From positions 335,856 to 399,855 of the forward strand of contig CAZRVK010000001.1 of NCBI GenBank assembly GCA_964603585.1: a stretch of 64,000 nucleotides of DNA, written 5' to 3'. Source of the DNA: an uncultured Planctomycetales bacterium (GTDB lineage: Bacteria > Omnitrophota > Gorgyraeia > Gygaellales > Profunditerraquicolaceae). How positions within the stretch are numbered: the first letter of the stretch is position 1; each line of letters starts with the position of its first letter. This document shows, one piece after another, positions 56,267 to 64,000 of the stretch. The notes beneath the pieces were generated by a model. That model saw nothing but the letters and a program-made list of their open reading frames with translations. It searched no databases and was not told the DNA's origin. The translations under genes and the position numbers were made by a program.

Positions 56267-56749
56267 TCAAGGAGAAATAGCGCCGGAGTGAAGTTTTCTT
56301 TTTTTAAAACGTTTTACAAAGAAATAGGTCAAGCAATAAGCTACGGCCGCCGATATTATCCCAAGGACAAGACTGCCCAAGAATAATACCGGATAAAGCT
56401 CAAGGAGTTTTTGCACTGTAAAATGCTTGAAATCCATTACCCGTAAATCCACGTAACGCCCTTTTAGAATAAATCTTCCGATCTCATAACCTGCCCAGGT
56501 AATAAACGGCAACGTCGGAGGTAACGAAATATTCGTTCCCACCAGCATTGCGATCTTGTTCGCCGGGCGGATGATCAAAGCCGCGATTATTACCATCACC
56601 GTATGTAAACCATAAACCGGAAGTATAGCGATAAAAACCCCGATCGCGCACCCTAAAGCGATCTCATGAGGAGTATTATGTAAATGCAAAAGGCGATTAA
56701 TGGTCTCTTTAAATTTACTCTTCAGCTTTAACCTCGATTCTAATCGCAA
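56267..56749 (-). CDS. DUF2062-family membrane protein
   Basis: ..TPHEIALGCAIGVFIAILPVYGLHTVM.. signature of DUF2062. Confidence 0.5.
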   Translation of the reverse strand: MRLESRLKLKSKFKETINRLLHLHNTPHEIALGCAIGVFIAILPVYGLHTVMVIIAALIIRPANKIAMLVGTNISLPPTLPFITWAGYEIGRFILKGRYVDLRVMDFKHFTVQKLLELYPVLFLGSLVLGIISAAVAYCLTYFFVKRFKKRKLHSGAISP

Positions 56750-57429
56750 ATGACACGCTTCTGCATGGACAAGGAATATGAGAATTTCCCCTGCCCCTTT
56801 ATTTTTACCGGGATTTGTGCGGCATCATTTGTAATCCAGATCTCAAAGCCCGCAGGATTACTGGTAAAACGATATGCCTTAAACAGGCCTGCTGGGACAT
56901 TGACGTCTTCTACGGATACCAGTCTCACCTTAAACTCTGCCGGCAACCTGATATCATAGCTCCATCCAGTTTCAAGTTTTTGCATTTTACGCAATGAAAA
57001 AGGAAGCAGTATCGCGTTATGTATCGGGCCATTGCTTTTAAATACCGAGCGCTCGGCCTGTTTGCCTTTTAAGAACTTGGTAATGATAAGTTCGTTCTCC
57101 CGGGGCAGATACATTTCAACGATATACTCCTTACTGAACCAATAAGAGATATAGCGCTCTACCCTTAGAGGCATTAAGCTCTCCGGATCGCTATAGATCT
57201 TTTCTTTATCATGGAACCCGGCCACATGGGTTTCAAAAACCGTTAGATTTACCCGGCGGAAACAAAATTCCACTGCCCCAAGATCTGAATATTGCGCATA
57301 CCCCAACGGGCTCAAATCATAAATAATGGTTTCCCGGGCAGTACTATCGGCAAAAACCTCATTTACGGAGGCACAAAAGGCAAAAACCGCGAAGAAAAAT
57401 CCCGCCAGGAACCTCTGACTCAAGATCAT
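56740..57429 (-). CDS. exported hypothetical protein (possibly DUF3108-like)
   Basis: Signal peptide. Beta-rich. Weak resemblance only. Confidence 0.35.
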   Translation of the reverse strand: MILSQRFLAGFFFAVFAFCASVNEVFADSTARETIIYDLSPLGYAQYSDLGAVEFCFRRVNLTVFETHVAGFHDKEKIYSDPESLMPLRVERYISYWFSKEYIVEMYLPRENELIITKFLKGKQAERSVFKSNGPIHNAILLPFSLRKMQKLETGWSYDIRLPAEFKVRLVSVEDVNVPAGLFKAYRFTSNPAGFEIWITNDAAQIPVKIKGQGKFSYSLSMQKRVICD

Positions 57430-57447
57430 GAATTGGCCCTCGTGATT

Positions 57448-58032
57448 TTACGGCATTTTACGCAAACGGTACTCTACATACCCGGAAAGTATCTCCTGTA
57501 TCTTTTCAGACGGCATCATCACGAAATAGCTATTGATAACAGCGTGAGCAATCTCATGCCCAAGTATCCCCCGTTTAAAATCGTTAGCGTTTATATAGAT
57601 TGTTTTCAAGTCATGCACATAAAAAGCCGAGGTGTCGCGTTCAAGCGGGCGGCCGAACAATTCAAGATAAATATTTCTCAACTGCGCCATATCCTTAGTA
57701 ACCTTCACCGCACCTTCAAAACTATAGAGGCGGATATCAAGGGCATCACAAACGATGATAAAAAGGCTGTCCAGCATTTGCGCAAGTTCCTCGCCAAACG
57801 AATGCTCCGCCGGGGATGATTTCCCGGATAAGAACTTATCCGAAACCGCAATATTAAGCCGTTCAAGAAGAATGGCAGGATCAACTCCTTCCGGCAAGGA
57901 TATCTTAAGATGCTGTCCGGGGATATTCTTAACAGCAATAAACCCATCCTCTGCCGCCAATGATAGCGCCCAGGCAGTAAAAATAAAGCAGACAACCATG
58001 GCCATGATATTAAAACACTTTTTTTGCAGCAT
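57448..58032 (-). CDS. exported putative zinc metallopeptidase (HExxH)
   Basis: Signal peptide. ..GILGHEIAHAVINSYF.. HExxH motif. 194 aa. Confidence 0.45.
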   Translation of the reverse strand: MLQKKCFNIMAMVVCFIFTAWALSLAAEDGFIAVKNIPGQHLKISLPEGVDPAILLERLNIAVSDKFLSGKSSPAEHSFGEELAQMLDSLFIIVCDALDIRLYSFEGAVKVTKDMAQLRNIYLELFGRPLERDTSAFYVHDLKTIYINANDFKRGILGHEIAHAVINSYFVMMPSEKIQEILSGYVEYRLRKMP

Positions 58033-58520
58033 CAGCGTGATAACTTTTCTTTGACCTTCTTAGCCATATGATTAAATGCCTCCGCAATATCTTTCAGCGC
58101 ATCAGAATCCCGCAGTTTGACTTCGGCGGATAAATTACCTTCCGCCAGCTCCTGCATGGCTTTCTTAAGCCGGTAAAGCGGGCCTGCGATCTTGTGCGAA
58201 ACAAACAACGTAACAATAATCGTAGCTAAACCTACCAGTACAAATGTTACCGCAAAAGTCTGGACAAGCATCGGCAAGAGGAAATCCGCCGTAGTCTTAA
58301 CTACCACGCTTGAATTTACAACCGCCACAGTAGTAGAATCCTTACCCAGGAAATAAAGCATCCCGATAGTAAATAACCCACCAAAGACAACCAACAGGCA
58401 AAACTTCAGAATAAACCCGGACTGAAAGGATCTTTCGATAAAATAATTCTTTCGCCGGTTGTTCTTAGGAGCTTTCAATAGCGTCATTTTAGTATCCCCT
58501 CCTGTTGGTTTTGGATACAC
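58032..58520 (-). CDS. membrane protein with two TM helices and a stand-alone HAMP domain
   Basis: ..HKIAGPLYRLKKAMQELAEGNLSAEVKLRDSDALKDIAEAFNHMAK.. HAMP heptads. No output domain. Confidence 0.5.
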   Translation of the reverse strand: MYPKPTGGDTKMTLLKAPKNNRRKNYFIERSFQSGFILKFCLLVVFGGLFTIGMLYFLGKDSTTVAVVNSSVVVKTTADFLLPMLVQTFAVTFVLVGLATIIVTLFVSHKIAGPLYRLKKAMQELAEGNLSAEVKLRDSDALKDIAEAFNHMAKKVKEKLSR

Positions 58521-59116
58521 AACTCCGGATTGATCTGTATAGAAGCATTCTTGCGCAAATCTGATACCCAGTCATTAATCCCAGCAGTTGCTTTTGACTT
58601 CAGGATCTCATGTTTTAACTGACCGCGCATCTGTTCATAAGTTTTATCGGTCATGGCGTCTTTAACCAGCTGGTCATACCGGGCGCGCAGCTCAACCTCG
58701 CTTATCGAAGCCGATTGCATGATCTCTTTGATCTTTTTATCCAAAGCGGTCTTTAAAAGCGATTGCTCCCAGAAACGTTCGATCGCTGCCAAAAATTCTT
58801 TATCCCGGTCTAAACCCTGCCTTTGGGCCTCCTGCAAGATCAGCTTACGGTCAATTAAATTATCCAGGAAATCCATTCTGGATTCTAAATTATCGTTTGT
58901 GCAATACATGGAATCTTTAAACTCGGCATCAAACTTATCCCGTGTAATTGTATACTTATTAACTTTGGCAATAGGTTGATCTAAGGGGCATGATTTATCA
59001 CAACAACCGGATAAAACCGAAATCAGTAAAAGTGAACGTATCAAATATTTATTCATAATGCGGCTCCTTTCATTTTTCCATACAATCATTATAATTACAT
59101 TTCCATGATTTACCAC
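58484..59116 (-). CDS. lipoprotein with SurA N-terminal-like chaperone domain
   Basis: Probable start MNKYLIRSLLLISVLSGC (lipobox) ~59056. ..RMDFLDNLIDRKLILQEAQRQGL.. resembles the SurA_N / PpiD N-terminal helical domain. Confidence 0.45.
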   Translation of the reverse strand: MVNHGNVIIMIVWKNERSRIMNKYLIRSLLLISVLSGCCDKSCPLDQPIAKVNKYTITRDKFDAEFKDSMYCTNDNLESRMDFLDNLIDRKLILQEAQRQGLDRDKEFLAAIERFWEQSLLKTALDKKIKEIMQSASISEVELRARYDQLVKDAMTDKTYEQMRGQLKHEILKSKATAGINDWVSDLRKNASIQINPELCIQNQQEGILK

Positions 59117-59150
59117 AAAAAAAAAGGCAAATCAAAAAAGATTTGCCTCT
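59117..59150 (-). terminator. rho-independent terminator downstream of the giant repeat-protein gene
   Basis: A9-GGCAAATC-aaaaaa-GATTTGCC: 8-bp stem. On the minus strand it is followed by T9. Confidence 0.55.
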
Positions 59151-59224
59151 TTATGCGTAACCAAACATCTGCAGGAGATATCTAAAAGCATTCCCTGCTG
59201 GATCATCCACTGTTAATAATCCCG

Positions 59225-62200
59225 TCAATAAACGGGAGTTTTATTCTTCTTGTTATCAAACTCCTCAAAAAACCTCAATAACCCGGCATTCCCGGTAAAT
59301 GATAATTCTCCATCATGGATATTGTAATCCTGCGCCTTTAGAACAAGTTCCTGGAAAGCCCCCATTTCGGTTTCCGTAAGAGGATGATAGAAAAACACCG
59401 GCCCGGATAGTGTATTTACCCTATAGGCGGATAAATCCGCATTAAACGATGCCGGGCGTTGAACAAGCTGACCAAGGATATACCCATTGATCCCCTCTGC
59501 AATTGAAGATTGCCCTGCACTATATACTGAAATACCATTAAAGTACACATGTCCGGGAGGCGTATTAACTACAAATATCGTCCCCGAAGGGGTACTGCCT
59601 GCAAGCACTCCACTTAAACCGTCTTTAAGTCCGTAGATAGCCACGCTTACCTCACCGGCAGATAATTTTACCCGCAAAGGGTTAAGCAAAGAGGCAATTA
59701 CATCGTACGCGGTCAAGAATACATCCGCTTCCGAGATCAAATGATATTCAGCTGGATCCTGAAGATCTGCGCCAATTATTGCCCCGCGGGCAACCAAATT
59801 TATCCCGGCTGTACCGCTTCTTTGAACCGCACCAGAAATCGTAATATTGCCGGATGTCGACTCTATTTGTAAAAAGCCCAAGGCCCCTTCAGACGGAGCA
59901 GATAACCTTGCAAGAAAATCATTACCACAGGAAATAATATCATAAGCTAAATTAAAATCTCCAGCCCCGGCAATAATATGGTTATAAGCAATAAGGTTAA
60001 GCGGATATTCCTGCACCAAGCTATAAAAAGACCCTGTTCCGTTATGATCATAATCGGCAAAAAGCGTGATATTCTCTGCCGATAGATCCGCGTTCAAATA
60101 AATGTCCCCGGAAGAATACAATCCAATGGCATTAGAACGGATAAGCAAAGAATCCACCGAGATCACACCACCATCCAATATTGAAGTTACCGTCAGGCTT
60201 AAAATCAGCGAACCATCTGGGGTACCCAACATGGCAAAAGAATCTCCGCCCAAATAAAGTGTTAAATACTCCCCTGGGTATCCGGCGTATTCGGACAAAA
60301 TAAAATCATTGGCACCGCTGAAAACATGATTGTAAGCCATCAAGGTAACGCCGCCGATATAAAGATCCGCTCCGGCAAAAAGGCCAATAGAGTTTTGGGC
60401 AATAATATCGGAATAAACATTCAAATCAGCATTGCTGAAGATATTAACATTCCCATTAACATTATATATGCCATCGCCAGAAATATCCAAATCCCCGTTA
60501 TTGCTGATATTAATATCCCCATAAGCAGTATTCCGGGCCGCTAAATTGCCAACGGCAGTTTCCAGGATATTATTCCAGCCAATACCATTAGCCGCAAAAA
60601 GTCTTAAACTTTGCGCAGTAACATTATTACCCGCCCCGTTTGCATCAATGATCGCGCCAGTTGCCGTTAAAGAAACAAGCCCTTCCTCATATCCGGCATT
60701 TACCTCCCCCAGATAAAGGTCTCCTTCTGTTTCTATCACCACGTTATTTGCCTGGACCTGGGCTAAAATAAGATCTTGGTTGTTTGATACCCCGGGGAAT
60801 ACCCCATCATAGATATATCCAATATCACCACCGGCATAAGCATAAAGTTCATTTACCTGGGTATAGAGTGTATTCCAGCTGCCAATATCCATACCGGCAA
60901 AAAGATATAAAAGCGGCACGGTAATATTAACCTGTTCCCGGGATTGGCCCGTATATTCTCCATTTATCGAACCAGATGCCTCCAGGCCAACCGTATCATC
61001 GGCAATGACCGAATTGACATACATATCCCCATCCGCAGAAATCGCAACACTCTTTGCTTCTACCTCACGTAAATTAAGGTCCCCGGAATTGGATATCCCG
61101 GGATAAAAATAGCCTGTTTCATCGAAACCAATATTACCACCAGCATAAGCAACAAGGTCTTCTATCCGGGTAAATAAAGTACTGCCAAAACCGATATTAT
61201 TTCCGGCACTTATATATAAGCTGGAAGCAATAATATTAGGGTTGTCAATATCTCCGTTCTGCCCATAGATCGAACCAGTTGCAGAAAGGTTTACAAAGCC
61301 CGACACAACTGAACCTACCGTTAAATCACCTTCGACATAAATGACTGCGCACCCGTAATCAGAATCTCCTCCCGCCTGAAGGTCTAAAACCGAAAGGTTC
61401 CCGTAGTTAATGATACCCGGATCATCAGGATAACCATCACCCAGGCTGCCGATATCTCCGTCGGCATACGCGTAAAGCTCTTCCACCTGCGTATAGAGAG
61501 TGTTATCGTTATCCTCATCCCGGCCGATGTTATCTTGCGAATAAAGGGATAAGCTGACGGCATTGATATTAGGCTCGGACACGCTGCCGCCTTGGCCATA
61601 GATCGAGCCAGTTGCCGAAAGATTTACCCGATAAGCATTAATCTGTCCTATCCAAAGGTCAGCCCTGCCATCATAATCAACGGCAAGATCGATCTCTCCA
61701 TAAAGGGCATAATTAAACAAATATATTACATTAAGATCACCGGTATTAAAGATATTGATATCCCCGGAGCCGCTGTTAGTTGCTTCTAAACTGGAGACTT
61801 CGGTCTCCAGGGCATCGCCAGAGCCGATCCCGTTTACTGCCGAAATATTTAAATACAAGGCAGAAATATTATCACTATCCCCGTTACCATCAATAATGGA
61901 ACCTGAAGCCGCCAGGCTTACGGAGTATGCCGAAATAAAACCAATGACGAGATCAGAGGCTGCACTCAAATTCACCGCGCCCGTATCTGCACTATTTACG
62001 GCTAAAATGACTTCCATATCTCCAGTATTATTAATATTGATATCCCCGGAATAACTGTTAGTCGCCTCAAGGACAGAGACCGCTGTTTCTAAAGCATCTT
62101 CGGAGCCGATCCCATATGATGCCGAAAGGACCAACTCCCGGGCGGAAATATTATCCTCTGTCCCGTTACCATCGATGATCGCCCCAGAAGCAGACAAGTT

Positions 62201-64000
62201 CACCTTATCCGCAGAAATAAAACCAACGCTCAAATCACAGCCTTCCGACCCCACGGATAAATTAACCTCTCCTTCAGGCGCATCATTAGTAACTAAAGCA
62301 GCAAATAGATCTAACATATTTATAATATCTATATTCCCGGAAGATGTATTAACCGCCTCAAGCTGGCTAACCCGGGTATAAGCAAGGTTTATCCCTTCTG
62401 CAGCATAAACAAAAAGTTGTTCATAACCGGCACCTATAGAAGATTCCCCGTATTGATTGACCGCTCCACTGCCATTCTGGTCTATATCCGCATAAAACTT
62501 TATTTGGCCAAAACCTTGAATACTCTCGTAAATCAATATATCCCTTAAAGCACCAAACAATATCCCTGGATTCTCACCGAAGAATCCTTGATCAACCACC
62601 AAATTACCTTCCGAAGTAAGATTAACCAATCCGATCTGTCCTCTTGCGTCAAGTTCATAACTGCTGACATAAAGATCCTGAATGCCATGCTCGGATATGA
62701 ATATATTCTCGCCTTTGGCATACAGATACCCTTCAACGCCTAAAATAATATCGATCATACCGATAAAATCATCCCCGAAAAAATGCCCGATATCTCCGGA
62801 GGCATACAAATTTATGTAATTGGCAGAAATTGCCGTAGATTCATCCAGGTCATCAAAAAACGACCCGGTTGCCTGAAGGCTCACATAATCAGCATCGATT
62901 TCACCGATAGTCAAATCGCCATCAGCAAATATTACCGCACACCCGTATTCATCATTATACCCAACCTGAATATCCCAAATCCATAAGCTGCCATTATTCC
63001 TTATGCCGGCTTCATCAGGATAACCATCCCCTATGATCCGCCCGATATTACCTCCGGCATAAGCAAAAAGTTCGGAAACTTGTGTATACAATGTACTGTC
63101 AAAATCATCGTCCCGGCCAATATCATCTCCGGCATTAAGGTATAAAACCGGAGCAATAACATTGGGATTCTCTGAATCTCCATACTGCCCATAGATCGAT
63201 CCGGTTGCATCCAAAACTGCCTGATAACCTGCAATAACCGACCCTACATATAAATCACCATAGGCTTTCACCGATGCATTGTATGCATCTACCTCCGTTA
63301 AAACGAGATCTCCCAGATTATATATCCCTGGCTCCTGGTAACCGTTACCAATATCATTACCGGCAAAAGCATAAAGCTCTTCTACTTGAATATAGACAGA
63401 CGCATATTTGCCAATATCCCAACCTGCACTTAAGTATAAAAACGGGGTGATGATATTCGGCTGCTCTATATTTCCATCCTGGCCATAGATTGACCCTGAT
63501 GCAAGCAAAAAGACTGCCTGGGCAGGAAGTTTTGCTTGGCCATAATAATCATACGGCCCGGTGAGAGATCCAACAGTAATATCGCCTTGGGCCTGGATAA
63601 TAACATTTCCGCCGACAACATATTCTCCATCAACCTGCCTGCCCGCTTCGATATCAATGATCGAAAGATCCCCTAAATTATATATTCCAGGATCGACATA
63701 ACCATCCCCGATAAACCCAATATCGCCTAAAGTATAGGCATAAAGCCGCGCGACTTCAGTAAAAAGGATATTGGCGCTTTCACTATCCCTGCCGATATCC
63801 CCTCCGGCATTAAGGTATAATATGGGCGCAATGATATTAGGGTAATACAGGCTTCCATCCCGGCCATAAATCGAACCGAACGCCTCCAAACCAACCGCCT
63901 CATAAGCACCAATCCATCCGACAGATAAATCTCCCTCTGCTGCGATTGCCGCACTATTTGCGTATATATCCGCTAAATAAAGATCCCCTGTATTATAAAT
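59225..64000 (-). CDS. giant Gly/Asp/Asn-rich tandem-repeat protein (>1,590 aa in window; N-terminus beyond window end), probable beta-helical surface/secreted protein
   Basis: The ORF-track start at 63889 is a TTG. I translated 63890-64000 in frame (..IYNTGDLYLADIYANSAAIAAEGDLSVGWIGAYEAVG-LEAFGSIYG..) and found no stop, so the gene continues past 64000. Repeated units include LSATGSIYGQxGxxxNPNIIAxxLYLxAGxDIG ... LYTQVEELYAYAGGDIG ... DGYPDxPGI and ASGAIIDGNGxxDNISAxxLxLSAxxGIGSxDALETxVSxLEATNSxSGDINIxNTGD. Confidence 0.7.
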   Translation of the reverse strand: MYNTGDLYLADIYANSAAIAAEGDLSVGWIGAYEAVGLEAFGSIYGRDGSLYYPNIIAPILYLNAGGDIGRDSESANILFTEVARLYAYTLGDIGFIGDGYVDPGIYNLGDLSIIDIEAGRQVDGEYVVGGNVIIQAQGDITVGSLTGPYDYYGQAKLPAQAVFLLASGSIYGQDGNIEQPNIITPFLYLSAGWDIGKYASVYIQVEELYAFAGNDIGNGYQEPGIYNLGDLVLTEVDAYNASVKAYGDLYVGSVIAGYQAVLDATGSIYGQYGDSENPNVIAPVLYLNAGDDIGRDDDFDSTLYTQVSELFAYAGGNIGRIIGDGYPDEAGIRNNGSLWIWDIQVGYNDEYGCAVIFADGDLTIGEIDADYVSLQATGSFFDDLDESTAISANYINLYASGDIGHFFGDDFIGMIDIILGVEGYLYAKGENIFISEHGIQDLYVSSYELDARGQIGLVNLTSEGNLVVDQGFFGENPGILFGALRDILIYESIQGFGQIKFYADIDQNGSGAVNQYGESSIGAGYEQLFVYAAEGINLAYTRVSQLEAVNTSSGNIDIINMLDLFAALVTNDAPEGEVNLSVGSEGCDLSVGFISADKVNLSASGAIIDGNGTEDNISARELVLSASYGIGSEDALETAVSVLEATNSYSGDININNTGDMEVILAVNSADTGAVNLSAASDLVIGFISAYSVSLAASGSIIDGNGDSDNISALYLNISAVNGIGSGDALETEVSSLEATNSGSGDINIFNTGDLNVIYLFNYALYGEIDLAVDYDGRADLWIGQINAYRVNLSATGSIYGQGGSVSEPNINAVSLSLYSQDNIGRDEDNDNTLYTQVEELYAYADGDIGSLGDGYPDDPGIINYGNLSVLDLQAGGDSDYGCAVIYVEGDLTVGSVVSGFVNLSATGSIYGQNGDIDNPNIIASSLYISAGNNIGFGSTLFTRIEDLVAYAGGNIGFDETGYFYPGISNSGDLNLREVEAKSVAISADGDMYVNSVIADDTVGLEASGSINGEYTGQSREQVNITVPLLYLFAGMDIGSWNTLYTQVNELYAYAGGDIGYIYDGVFPGVSNNQDLILAQVQANNVVIETEGDLYLGEVNAGYEEGLVSLTATGAIIDANGAGNNVTAQSLRLFAANGIGWNNILETAVGNLAARNTAYGDINISNNGDLDISGDGIYNVNGNVNIFSNADLNVYSDIIAQNSIGLFAGADLYIGGVTLMAYNHVFSGANDFILSEYAGYPGEYLTLYLGGDSFAMLGTPDGSLILSLTVTSILDGGVISVDSLLIRSNAIGLYSSGDIYLNADLSAENITLFADYDHNGTGSFYSLVQEYPLNLIAYNHIIAGAGDFNLAYDIISCGNDFLARLSAPSEGALGFLQIESTSGNITISGAVQRSGTAGINLVARGAIIGADLQDPAEYHLISEADVFLTAYDVIASLLNPLRVKLSAGEVSVAIYGLKDGLSGVLAGSTPSGTIFVVNTPPGHVYFNGISVYSAGQSSIAEGINGYILGQLVQRPASFNADLSAYRVNTLSGPVFFYHPLTETEMGAFQELVLKAQDYNIHDGELSFTGNAGLLRFFEEFDNKKNKTPVY

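Noticed and set aside
59225-64000. Autotransporter (type Va) assignment for the giant repeat protein
   Set aside because: The C-terminal ~300 aa show no amphipathic beta-barrel pattern or terminal aromatic-X-aromatic signature expected of an autotransporter translocator.
1-64000. Mobile elements, prophage, tRNA/rRNA, CRISPR-Cas or toxin-antitoxin pairs
   Set aside because: I scanned all intergenic gaps and ORF translations. I found no transposase/integrase/recombinase motifs (DDE, tyrosine-recombinase R-H-R-Y), no tRNA-like cloverleaf-sized GC-rich islands, no long inverted terminal repeats, and no small adjacent TA-like ORF pairs.

Overview
This 64-kb window looks like one contiguous bacterial chromosomal segment with moderate GC (roughly low-40s %, estimated by eye). 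59 of 61 called genes are on the minus strand and are packed into long co-directional operons. I saw no rRNA, tRNA, CRISPR array, transposase or integrase.

Gene content by position:
- 1-10.5 kb: housekeeping genes, namely clpC (partial), mcsB, mcsA, ilvE, lolD, lolC/E, lysS, htpX and ptsN.
- 10.5-29 kb: a multi-TM PAS sensor histidine kinase and a DEAD-box helicase preceded by an unannotated 47-aa Cys/His mini-ORF. These are followed by tandemly duplicated GT-C-like membrane proteins flanking a Glf-like flavoenzyme, a CHASE2 nucleotide cyclase, and an outer-membrane barrel + FecR-domain + Omp85/TpsB trio.
- 29-38 kb: an operon of exported or membrane proteins. It holds a secreted DJ-1, an MFS transporter with an inserted soluble domain, two non-catalytic FGE-fold proteins, a novel W-x-T-x-DD repeat protein and a K+-channel-like protein. 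It is preceded by helically phased TTTAC repeats, with a 4x DUF1566 protein upstream.
- 38-48.5 kb: a roughly 10-kb apparent operon. A bifunctional partner-switching regulator (RsbW-like kinase + cNMP-binding + PP2C) and two STAS proteins are co-transcribed with glgX, an AGE-family epimerase, three DJ-1/PfpI proteins, a cupin, a tautomerase, a ThDP enzyme and a VOC protein.
- 48.5-59 kb: a second module of this kind (Cache-HAMP-PP2C-HATPase sensor, overlapping NMT1/SsuA-type binding protein, STAS), plus ankyrin, DUF1330, T2SS-F, Ca-binding, HExxH and SurA-like exported proteins.
- 59.2-64 kb: the 3' part of a giant (>1,590 aa in window) Gly/Asp/Asn-rich repeat protein that runs off the window edge.

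Lol, Omp85/TpsB and lipoboxes indicate a diderm. McsAB together with abundant PP2C/STAS, DUF1566 and DUF1573 proteins suggest a deep-branching or uncultivated lineage, but I cannot assign a taxon from sequence alone. All homology calls are from reading the ORF translations (motif recognition); no database search was run.
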